Part shown: in pieces, positions 31,876-39,481 of the stretch
Numbering within the stretch: the first letter of the stretch is position 1
Layout of the letters: each line of letters opens with the position of its first letter
Source: a virus
Strand: one strand, 5' to 3'
DNA length: 51,598 bases
Virus record (IMG/VR): IMGVR_UViG_3300018466_000001
Span: 1-51,598 of that record
Position numbers and translations under genes: made by a program
The notes under the pieces: generated by a model
Databases searched by the model: none
What the model saw: the letters and a program-made list of their open reading frames with translations, nothing else
Told to the model about the DNA's origin: nothing

Positions 31876-32374
31876 TACAACCAAACGCCACACGCCCGGA
31901 CCGTGGACGCCGCGAGCGGACCGCACGGTGGTGGCGGACGGCGTGCCCATCCTTCGCTTCTACGCGAACCGCAATGAGCACGCGAACGCTCGCCTCGTCT
32001 CCATGGCGCCAGAGCTTTTGGACGTGTGCGCAGAGGCCGCCAACCTGCTAGCCGACTACCTGAACGATCCTGCGGCTTTCACGCGGGAGACCGTAACGGA
32101 GACGGCGCTGGAGTTGGACCGCGTCCTATCGCTGGCGTACGGCTACGTGCACCGGGACAACTACACCGTTGGGGTTGCCGTGGAGCAGGACCACGAGCAC
32201 CCGGTGATCTGGCGCGCCACCAGCGTAACCGGCCCCGGTTTCGCTCAAGGGTACACTCTGTGGCACACTGACGCTGAGCATGCGGCGGAAGCGGTGGAGC
32301 GGTGCATTCGTGCGGTATTCCCCGAGCACGCCTTCGACTTCACACGCACCGGTCTGCCGGTCACGCTTACCTGA
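31865..32374 (+). CDS. PGPW-motif protein (169 aa; Ead/Ea22-like C-terminal motif)
   Basis: HTPGPWTP...ANARLVSMAPELL resembles the common phage PGPW...APELL module. Ends in VTLT. Confidence 0.45.
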   Translation: MMINTTKRHTPGPWTPRADRTVVADGVPILRFYANRNEHANARLVSMAPELLDVCAEAANLLADYLNDPAAFTRETVTETALELDRVLSLAYGYVHRDNYTVGVAVEQDHEHPVIWRATSVTGPGFAQGYTLWHTDAEHAAEAVERCIRAVFPEHAFDFTRTGLPVTLT

Positions 32375-32385
32375 GAGGCAACACG

Positions 32386-32601
32386 ATGACGCGCGACATG
32401 TGGTTCAAGCGCTTCCGCGAGATCATGCGAAAGATGCCGGAGAGTGTGGAACTAGTAGTGCGCGGCGGCGGCAACGTGGATATGTACAAAGCCGGTAGCC
32501 TCCGCGCACACTTGGACCGGGATACCGGGTTCGGCATGGAAGAGGGCGGAATCGACTCCCTGCGTCACGCGCGTCTGTACGCCTATCCAGAGGGCGACTG
32601 A
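32386..32601 (+). CDS. P2-prime (71 aa), paralog of 13990-14205
   Basis: ATG at 32386 with GAGAGG upstream. About 80 percent identity by eye to the minus-strand copy. Confidence 0.6.
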   Translation: MTRDMWFKRFREIMRKMPESVELVVRGGGNVDMYKAGSLRAHLDRDTGFGMEEGGIDSLRHARLYAYPEGD

Positions 32602-32762
32602 TGGCCGGCTGCACTCCAGACCACCACGTAGGCCCCTTCAAGTCCTGTCCCTCATGGGATGGATGGATAGGATACGATTGGGTAACGTGCAAAGCATGCA
32701 AGTCCAGCGTGACTACGCTGACTGCTGCAATGGCACCGGAGATTCCCCGCTGCCGAGGTTGA
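32601..32762 (+). CDS. Possible Cys/His-rich 53-aa protein
   Basis: Hand translation MAGCTPDHHVGPFKSCPSWDGWIGYDWVTCKACKSS... ATG shares one base with the upstream TGA. Confidence 0.35.
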   Translation: MAGCTPDHHVGPFKSCPSWDGWIGYDWVTCKACKSSVTTLTAAMAPEIPRCRG

Positions 32763-32805
32763 CGGCAGGCGGGGTTCACCATCCACGTACGAGAGGAGTA
32801 GGGAG

Positions 32806-33225
32806 ATGAACGAACGAGTGCGCGCGCACCTCGCGGCACTACAAGAGGCGCGGGCCAGTCGGCGCCCCCAAGACCCCTTCAGCGGCGTTCTGGAAGCGGT
32901 GGAGGCCATCTGCGGTGCCGCAACGGCGCTGGAGTCCTGCGGTGGCGGGTGGGGCGCTGAATCCCTAGCTGGGCTGCGGCGCGCGGCCGACTTGCTGCTT
33001 GAGACCGACTTGGCGCGCGTCGAGGCGGATACAAGAAACCGCGCCATCGTTCTGGCCCCGCTGGCTGCTGCTGGGAACCGACCGCTAGCGCTTGCTCGGC
33101 TGGTTTGCCGTGGCATCGGGCTGGAATTGAGGGACAGTAGCCCTGACGTGGCGGACAGGTACGCGACGGCGGCCGGGGCTGTCGCCGTCGCGATGTCTCA
33201 CCCCTCGGCGGTGGTGCCCTCGTGA
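32806..33225 (+). CDS. Ala-rich hypothetical protein (139 aa)
   Basis: ATG at 32806 with GGAGTAGGGAG upstream. Confidence 0.5.
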   Translation: MNERVRAHLAALQEARASRRPQDPFSGVLEAVEAICGAATALESCGGGWGAESLAGLRRAADLLLETDLARVEADTRNRAIVLAPLAAAGNRPLALARLVCRGIGLELRDSSPDVADRYATAAGAVAVAMSHPSAVVPS

Positions 33226-33788
33226 GCGCCCCCATCACCACCTGCCCCACCTGCGGAACCCAGCGCCTCAACGGCCTCGTGGTGGAGAGCGGGACAGGGG
33301 AGCGCGTCACGCGCGAGGCGCAGGAGGCGAGCGGCGGGGTGACGGCGGACGAGATCGCCAGCGGGGCCCTCGCGTGGCTGGAGAGCGTCGTGTCGCAGTT
33401 GCGCGACAGGGCCAGCACCGCCGGTGCCTTCAAGACGCCCGCCGGGATGAAGCATGCGGCGGCGCTGCGTGCTGAGCTTGACCTCGGCTACGCCTGCCTC
33501 GCCGCCCTGCGTGCTGGCGCTCCCGCCGCCCCCGTGGTGGACGGCCTGCGCCAGCCAGCGACGGACGCCGCCGTGCCTCCCACGTTGCCAGTCGAGATCA
33601 AAGATGTAGACGACTACGTCCTGTGGGTGGGCGACGGGTGGCGGGGGTACCTGCGACTGGACGTGAAGCACCGCCACTGCAGCATGGTGGACCTGGACGA
33701 GTGCGGCGCCCGCCGGCTACGCGACGCGATCGACACGTGGCTGGTTGACGAACCTATCGCCGCCCCTGACGCGGGCGGTGCGCAGTGA
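33222..33788 (+). CDS. Hypothetical protein (188 aa) with N-terminal CPTCG
   Basis: GTG start in a GTGA overlap. Confidence 0.5.
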   Translation: MSAPITTCPTCGTQRLNGLVVESGTGERVTREAQEASGGVTADEIASGALAWLESVVSQLRDRASTAGAFKTPAGMKHAAALRAELDLGYACLAALRAGAPAAPVVDGLRQPATDAAVPPTLPVEIKDVDDYVLWVGDGWRGYLRLDVKHRHCSMVDLDECGARRLRDAIDTWLVDEPIAAPDAGGAQ

Positions 33789-33794
33789 GCGGCC

Positions 33795-34244
33795 CTACCT
33801 GACCCCGTTCTCGCGCTGGCTGCGCATCTCTTCACGCTTCTTCAGCATGTCGATATCTGCGGCCTGATGTGCGGCTGTTTGCAGGTATTGTGACATCATG
33901 CCCTCGATGCGCGCCAATGGGGTAGTGACCTGTTCAGTCATGCGCGCTGACATAGCCTCGTGTGCAGCCTCGGTGCGCGTGACCCTGTCGCGGGTTTCGT
34001 CAAGGTCTGCGCGGGCCATGAGGAATTGCCGGGAAAGCGATTCGACTTCCTTTGCGGCGACGTCCTGACGTTCGCGCAGGCTCTTGCCCAGCCCGTCCAA
34101 GGAGGGCTCCTTGACATAGCCCGCCTTCATCAGGCGGGCTTCCAGCAGGGTCCACGCTACGCCGAGGGCGATAGCCACCGTGGCCCATGGAATTTCCGCA
34201 AGGTCGATGACCGTGGAAGACGGGGCAAGAAGCAGGGTGGGCAT
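33795..34244 (-). CDS. Membrane-anchored coiled-coil protein (149 aa)
   Basis: TM-like IPWATVAIALGVAWTLL followed by a charged helical region. Last gene of the late block. Confidence 0.45.
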   Translation of the reverse strand: MPTLLLAPSSTVIDLAEIPWATVAIALGVAWTLLEARLMKAGYVKEPSLDGLGKSLRERQDVAAKEVESLSRQFLMARADLDETRDRVTRTEAAHEAMSARMTEQVTTPLARIEGMMSQYLQTAAHQAADIDMLKKREEMRSQRENGVR

Positions 34245-34291
34245 GAAGTGACTTGGTCCATGATGGGATGTGTACCTGCGCGAGGGTTTTC

Positions 34292-34552
34292 CTAGCCTGC
34301 GACGGCGTCCTTATAGAGAGCCGCTTTCACTTGTTCCATGGACGCGATCTGTACGTCAACGTCCCTGCTCTGCGCCGTCAGGGATTCACGCTGCTTGTAC
34401 AACTCGGCCAGCGCGGCGCTTGCCCCGCCGAGCGTGATCTCCATCAGCGGCCACCCACCGCCCGCCCCCGCCACCTCGCTTTCCACCACCTGCCAGAGCC
34501 ACCAGCGGCCCGTTTCCTCGTCCTTGCGCGGCTCTTTCCGTTCGTTGTGCAT
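34292..34552 (-). CDS. Hypothetical protein (86 aa)
   Basis: Internal ATG at 34552. Sequence begins MHNERKEPRKDEETGRWWLW... Confidence 0.45.
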   Translation of the reverse strand: MHNERKEPRKDEETGRWWLWQVVESEVAGAGGGWPLMEITLGGASAALAELYKQRESLTAQSRDVDVQIASMEQVKAALYKDAVAG

Positions 34553-34572
34553 CTGTTGTCTCCGCTTGGGGT

Positions 34573-34950
34573 TCAGGATTGCTCTACGGTTCGGCCGCCG
34601 CAGTTCCACGTGATCGTGGCGCCCGAGACGCCCGTCACCTGAACGTTGACGGTGTCCGGATTCGAGCCGACCGCGAGAACGCTGCATCCGTTGATGGAGC
34701 CCTCTCCAGCGCCGGACGATCCCTGCAACACGGCGGGGACGTTGACATTTCCTCCCACCGCGCGGCGGGCGCCACCCTCGAAGGACAGCACCGCGATTTC
34801 GTCAGTCGCCGCGCACCAGCCAATCAGTACACCCGTGAACTGCAACCGCACCCCCTCCGCGACGGTGAAACTCGCGATGGTCGTGGGTGTCGCGTTGGTC
34901 GTATCCACGCTAGCCACGGCTCCGAACTGGCCGTAAGTCGGTAGTGCCAT
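34573..34950 (-). CDS. Tail-associated hypothetical protein (125 aa)
   Basis: Position directly after the fibre gene. Composition is beta-rich. Confidence 0.45.
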   Translation of the reverse strand: MALPTYGQFGAVASVDTTNATPTTIASFTVAEGVRLQFTGVLIGWCAATDEIAVLSFEGGARRAVGGNVNVPAVLQGSSGAGEGSINGCSVLAVGSNPDTVNVQVTGVSGATITWNCGGRTVEQS

Positions 34951-34962
34951 GCGTTCTCTCCG

Positions 34963-36258
34963 TCAGGCCGCGAGGATGGTTGTTGCGCCGGCGCTGTTCT
35001 TGGTCTTCAACACCCCGCCGATCGATGCCAGCCACACCTTACCAGCGGCCGGGTTGCCGGCGGGGAACGCGGTGATATTCGGGATCTCCAGCGGCCCGTT
35101 ACCGCGCACCCGCAGCCTTTCCAGCGGGCCCGCGCCGGCAACCGCCTGCGCTTCAAGCACGAGGTCGCCCACGTTGGACGCGAGTTGCACGGCGTAGATG
35201 CGCGCGATGTTCTGCACCCCTGCGGTGCCCGCGTGGAAGTTGAGGCTTGAGCCAGAGCCCGCCGTGTTGCTGTTGTTCGCCAGCCGGAGCGCTTCCACCA
35301 TGACTCCAGCGCTGGTGTTCAGCGCATGCACGGTGGCGCTGGGAACCACGCCCGTGCCGAGGTTCACGCCCAGGGCGGTCCCGAACGCCGCCTTGCCCGC
35401 GTCCGCTCCGGCAAACAGGGTGAGCGCCCGTGTAGAGGTGCCCCCCGCGCTGGCCGTGGAGAAGTAGTAGGGCAGGCGGTTCCCGTCCCGGTCGCTGAAC
35501 GCGTCGATACCGATATTGCGCAAGCCGGAGGCGGCGTTGAAGTTGCCCACCATGGAAAACGCCGAAGCGGCTCCGTCGAACATGGTGATACCCGCAAACC
35601 CGCCCGCACCGCCAACGGTGTTCTGCGGCCTGAGCGTCAGCGTAATGTTGGCGTTCGTCCCGCTGCGCAGCCGGAGCATTCCCGCGCCCTGCCGGTTCAC
35701 CAGCACGTCGGCGGCCGAAGAGCCGTTGCCCCACTCGTCGGTTCCGTCGTCCAGCATGCGCCGGCGTGGTGCGCTATCGCCCGTGCGGCGCATCTGGAAA
35801 GCCACGGCTCCCGCCGCGCGTTCGACCGTCTGCGTGTCCGTGAACACGTTCGCCGCGTCAACGTAGGCCGTGCTGGCGTGCTGCTGAGCCTTCGCGAGAG
35901 CCGCCACCCATGCCGGCATACCTCCCGTGCCAGAGTGGGTCAGCACGGACGCTACTGCCGGCGCGGTCAGTGCGGCGTACAGGTCCAGCGCCGAGCCGTA
36001 TAGCAGAGCGCCGGCAGGGAAAGTGGTGAGGTGCGTGCCACCGTTCGCTACGGGCAGGTTGCCGGTCACGGAGGACACAGAAATGGGATCGTCGCCCACT
36101 ACGTGCGTTGCCCCGTGGGTGGACGGCGCTCCACCCGACGAGCCCGCTGCGGCTCCCATCAGAAAGCCAGAGCCGGGCGTAGGCACAACCCGCATGCTCG
36201 CATCCAGCGTAACCGTCGCCCCATCCGGAACGATGGTAGAGCCCTGCACGATGGGCAT
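34963..36258 (-). CDS. Tail fibre protein
   Basis: 431 aa, Gly/Ala/Thr/Asn-rich. N-terminal HGATHVVGDDPI resembles the H..H..G.D motif common in tail fibres. Confidence 0.65.
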   Translation of the reverse strand: MPIVQGSTIVPDGATVTLDASMRVVPTPGSGFLMGAAAGSSGGAPSTHGATHVVGDDPISVSSVTGNLPVANGGTHLTTFPAGALLYGSALDLYAALTAPAVASVLTHSGTGGMPAWVAALAKAQQHASTAYVDAANVFTDTQTVERAAGAVAFQMRRTGDSAPRRRMLDDGTDEWGNGSSAADVLVNRQGAGMLRLRSGTNANITLTLRPQNTVGGAGGFAGITMFDGAASAFSMVGNFNAASGLRNIGIDAFSDRDGNRLPYYFSTASAGGTSTRALTLFAGADAGKAAFGTALGVNLGTGVVPSATVHALNTSAGVMVEALRLANNSNTAGSGSSLNFHAGTAGVQNIARIYAVQLASNVGDLVLEAQAVAGAGPLERLRVRGNGPLEIPNITAFPAGNPAAGKVWLASIGGVLKTKNSAGATTILAA

Positions 36259-39134
36259 TACAGTTCCTCCCCCAAAACGATCTCCGCCGAATAGGACCTT
36301 GGGCCTTCCACCGCCCCGGCGTAGTAGCTCAGGCCAACTTTTACACGGCTTCCATCCGGCGCGTGGTAGCTACCGATATCGTCCGTGGCGCCGGGTGACA
36401 GGTTGACCGTCAGGTCCGCTACGCCGTCCATGTAGTAGACCGCACGAACGTCCAGCGTATCGCTGGTGTTGGTCCAATCCGCCTCAAGTGTCGGCTCGTC
36501 TGGCAAAAAGTCGGGGCCTGGACGCAGAAAGGGCGTGCCGGGTGACAGCGTGATACCCCCCCCACCTCCCCCCTCACCCGGCACGCCCGTAATCACGATG
36601 CTGTCCCTCGCTTCCACGTAGGTGCCCCTGTCGCTGAACCCCTGCACCAGCACGTGGTGGGTGCCGTTTCCGACCGACCACGAGGCCGTTCTTACAGTCC
36701 TGAGATATTCACCCTGATAATATAATGCATCTACGTCCGGAGCGCCCCCTATTTTGTCGTAAACCCTCCATCGCACCGTGTCCGCGCCGGGGATGATGGT
36801 CGCGTTCAGCACGCCAAGCGGCGAGTGCGTGAGGTTGAGATTGAAGATGGCGGGGCGCCTGCCGATCCCTCGCACCTCTACGCCGAGGTTTCTGTAGCCC
36901 GCATAGGCGCCCTTCGGCTTGCCGCCGCACTTCCACCGCGTGCGCCCAACTCCAGCGCTCGGGAACGTGTGCGTGAGCAGGAGCACAGCCGAATCCTGGT
37001 CTTCATCGAAGAGGAGGGCGTTCGCCTTCCATCTCACCAGATCCCCCACTTTCGCGAAGGGGCAATACTTGGTCTCGGGCTCCATCGGGAGAGGTGGGTT
37101 GGATACGTCGGGGTAGATGCCGCCAACCATAGCGTCAAGCTGAGCCTGCGTGTTGACGCCCTTCGCCGCCTCTTCGCTGAAGATCAACGGCCGCTCTCCA
37201 TACAGCAGAATGAGCGGGTCCGTGGCTACGTCTTCCTCTGCCGGCAACTGTGAGGTGAGGATCTTTCCGGTCTCATCTTCGGCGTGCCCTATAACGAGCG
37301 TACGCAGGTTGCGGTTATCGGTGCGCAGGGTGTGCACGTCAAGGTACGTCTCGGGCGAGATGGAATAGTCGGGCTCCGTCTTCTCCCGGTCCGGCTCGAT
37401 AACGGCTACCTGCCACTCTTCGTCCACCGGGTTCCACTCCTGCCGGATGGACTTTCCACCCCACTGCTGGGCAAGGTTCTCGATGGCTTCCAGCGCGGAG
37501 ATGTCGCGGACCGGGTATTTGCGCACCGCGAACCCTGCCCCTACCGTAAGATCGTACACTGTGTACTGGCCGTCCCCCATGCGGTCGTCAAGAATGGCCT
37601 GCATCGCAACCAGCGCGTCGGGAGGGGTGTCTTCGTCGCCGTACTCCGTTTCGTTGCGAATGATCGCGTCCGACAGCGGCCCGAGGTAGTCTCTGGCGCT
37701 CAACTGCACGTCGCCGGACTTGCCCGGCCACTCAGGATCATCAGCGACCCCGGCGAACTTCCATTCCCAGTCCCCGCTTTCCGGTTCCACGCCCGGCGGC
37801 AGGATGCAGGTGTAGATCTCGAATTCGCGACCGAAGTCCAGTGCCGGCGCGTATGTCTCCCCGTCTTGGTTCAAGGCGCTACCAGTCATCAGGGGTGCAA
37901 GCGAGAGCGCCCCCACCTGCCGATGCAACGACACTCGCGCGGTCCCGATGGTCTGATCCACTCCGGATGCGGAGACGGTGGCGTCTTTGATCCAGTTGTG
38001 GCCGAAGAAATCACGCAGGGATTGCATGACCCCCGTGCCCTCGGAAATGATTTCCACGCGCACGTCCACGTGCGTCACGTACTCCCCTGATTCCCACAGG
38101 TTGAGCGTCTGGAAGGGCTCAGACGCCCCCCATGCGCTCCATAGCCCATCTCCGTCCTGATGCCGCGCCTCGGCAATCAGGTCCGCATCGTCAACGGGCT
38201 GTCCCTGCGGACCGGTGGGACCTTCGGGTAACCCCGTGGCGATGATCGAGGCAGACCCCAAGGGCAGCGATACAGGGCCGTATTCGATGCCTGACGTCGA
38301 TACGCGCCTGACGCGTACCTGCGTGGCCGCGTGAACCGCAGAGCCGCCAGAGGCCGCCACAAACGCTCCTGCGCCTATTCGAGAGGTCGTGCGCCGGATC
38401 TCCGAGACGGTTACCAACGGGGAGGGCGGAAGGAACCCCCAATCCAGGGGGGCCGTGTCTCCGGCCGTGCCCACGCCCACGCGGTCGTATTCTACCCAGT
38501 GATACGGGTTGGCAAACGGATTGTCGGCGCTGTATGGGGTCGCGCCGTTGAAGCCCACGCCTGCATACCCTGCGGCCAGCGGGGCGCCGTCCGTGGCGTC
38601 GTAAGTGGCGGCGGTGCTCTCCCCGTAATCCGCCTCTCCATCATCCCACGTCCAGAGCTTGAACTCCACCATCCCGCCGGCATCAACCGACAGTCGATAA
38701 CCGTACGGCGTGTCCACGGAAAGCCCGCCGGCCCCCGAATCCAAGACCGTGTGCGCGAGGTTGCCGGTGTGGCGCCGCAGTTGCCGGGTGCCGAAGCCGT
38801 CGATCCCGCACTGGTAGCTACTGCCGTTCGCTGAATTTTGAGCACGGACGAGGCCGAACGTCTGACCATCGTACGCCCACACGTGGACCTTGATGCGCCC
38901 GGCTTCCTGCGTGGGTCCGCTGATGCTGCCAATACCCGTCCAGACGAGCGAATACTTAATTGCGTCGCTGCCACCGATGTAGTTGCGCGGCTCAAGCCGG
39001 AGCACTTGACCGGACAGGCCCCACGCGTCGGCGCGAACCGTTGCCTTGGCAAACGCGGCGTCCTGCGCCTCCGTCCAACCCACCGGTGCGGAGCCGGCCG
39101 TATCCGTGCCGAAGTCGGTCAGGTGGCGAGCCAC
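36258..39134 (-). CDS. Large tail/baseplate host-recognition protein (958 aa)
   Basis: Size and position (tape measure, then a 115-aa protein, then this gene). Has a poly-Gly linker GEGGGGGGI near the C-terminal domain. Confidence 0.6.
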   Translation of the reverse strand: MARHLTDFGTDTAGSAPVGWTEAQDAAFAKATVRADAWGLSGQVLRLEPRNYIGGSDAIKYSLVWTGIGSISGPTQEAGRIKVHVWAYDGQTFGLVRAQNSANGSSYQCGIDGFGTRQLRRHTGNLAHTVLDSGAGGLSVDTPYGYRLSVDAGGMVEFKLWTWDDGEADYGESTAATYDATDGAPLAAGYAGVGFNGATPYSADNPFANPYHWVEYDRVGVGTAGDTAPLDWGFLPPSPLVTVSEIRRTTSRIGAGAFVAASGGSAVHAATQVRVRRVSTSGIEYGPVSLPLGSASIIATGLPEGPTGPQGQPVDDADLIAEARHQDGDGLWSAWGASEPFQTLNLWESGEYVTHVDVRVEIISEGTGVMQSLRDFFGHNWIKDATVSASGVDQTIGTARVSLHRQVGALSLAPLMTGSALNQDGETYAPALDFGREFEIYTCILPPGVEPESGDWEWKFAGVADDPEWPGKSGDVQLSARDYLGPLSDAIIRNETEYGDEDTPPDALVAMQAILDDRMGDGQYTVYDLTVGAGFAVRKYPVRDISALEAIENLAQQWGGKSIRQEWNPVDEEWQVAVIEPDREKTEPDYSISPETYLDVHTLRTDNRNLRTLVIGHAEDETGKILTSQLPAEEDVATDPLILLYGERPLIFSEEAAKGVNTQAQLDAMVGGIYPDVSNPPLPMEPETKYCPFAKVGDLVRWKANALLFDEDQDSAVLLLTHTFPSAGVGRTRWKCGGKPKGAYAGYRNLGVEVRGIGRRPAIFNLNLTHSPLGVLNATIIPGADTVRWRVYDKIGGAPDVDALYYQGEYLRTVRTASWSVGNGTHHVLVQGFSDRGTYVEARDSIVITGVPGEGGGGGGITLSPGTPFLRPGPDFLPDEPTLEADWTNTSDTLDVRAVYYMDGVADLTVNLSPGATDDIGSYHAPDGSRVKVGLSYYAGAVEGPRSYSAEIVLGEEL
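38043..38055. repeat. Palindrome copy 10, GGAAATGATTTCC
   Basis: Inside tail gene 36258-39134 (VEIISE). Confidence 0.9.
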
Positions 39135-39481
39135 TAGACCTCCCGAAGCAGCAGGTTGAGCGTGTCGTTGAATTCGCTCCAGTCGGCCACGTTTCCGGAT
39201 ACGTCAGGACCCACCTCGGCGCTCTCCGCCGTCACCTTGCAAAGAACCTCTTCCTCGCGAATCACGCAGACCACCGGGCCGTCCGCGATGGCTGATTCAA
39301 GGGTGGCAACATCCTCCGGCAGCATCGGCAGGCTTTCGCCTTCCCACGCGCGCGCTGTCGCAGAAGTCCCGTCCAGCAGCGTGTTGGCGAGAGAGCGCAC
39401 CGCCTCCCCGATCACGCCGTCCATCCGCTTTTTGAAGCGGACCATGCGGACTTCCTGACCCGCAATTGTGAGCAGGATCAC
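39134..39481 (-). CDS. Tail protein (115 aa; distal-tail position)
   Basis: GTG start overlaps the tape-measure stop (GTGA). Confidence 0.45.
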   Translation of the reverse strand: MILLTIAGQEVRMVRFKKRMDGVIGEAVRSLANTLLDGTSATARAWEGESLPMLPEDVATLESAIADGPVVCVIREEEVLCKVTAESAEVGPDVSGNVADWSEFNDTLNLLLREV

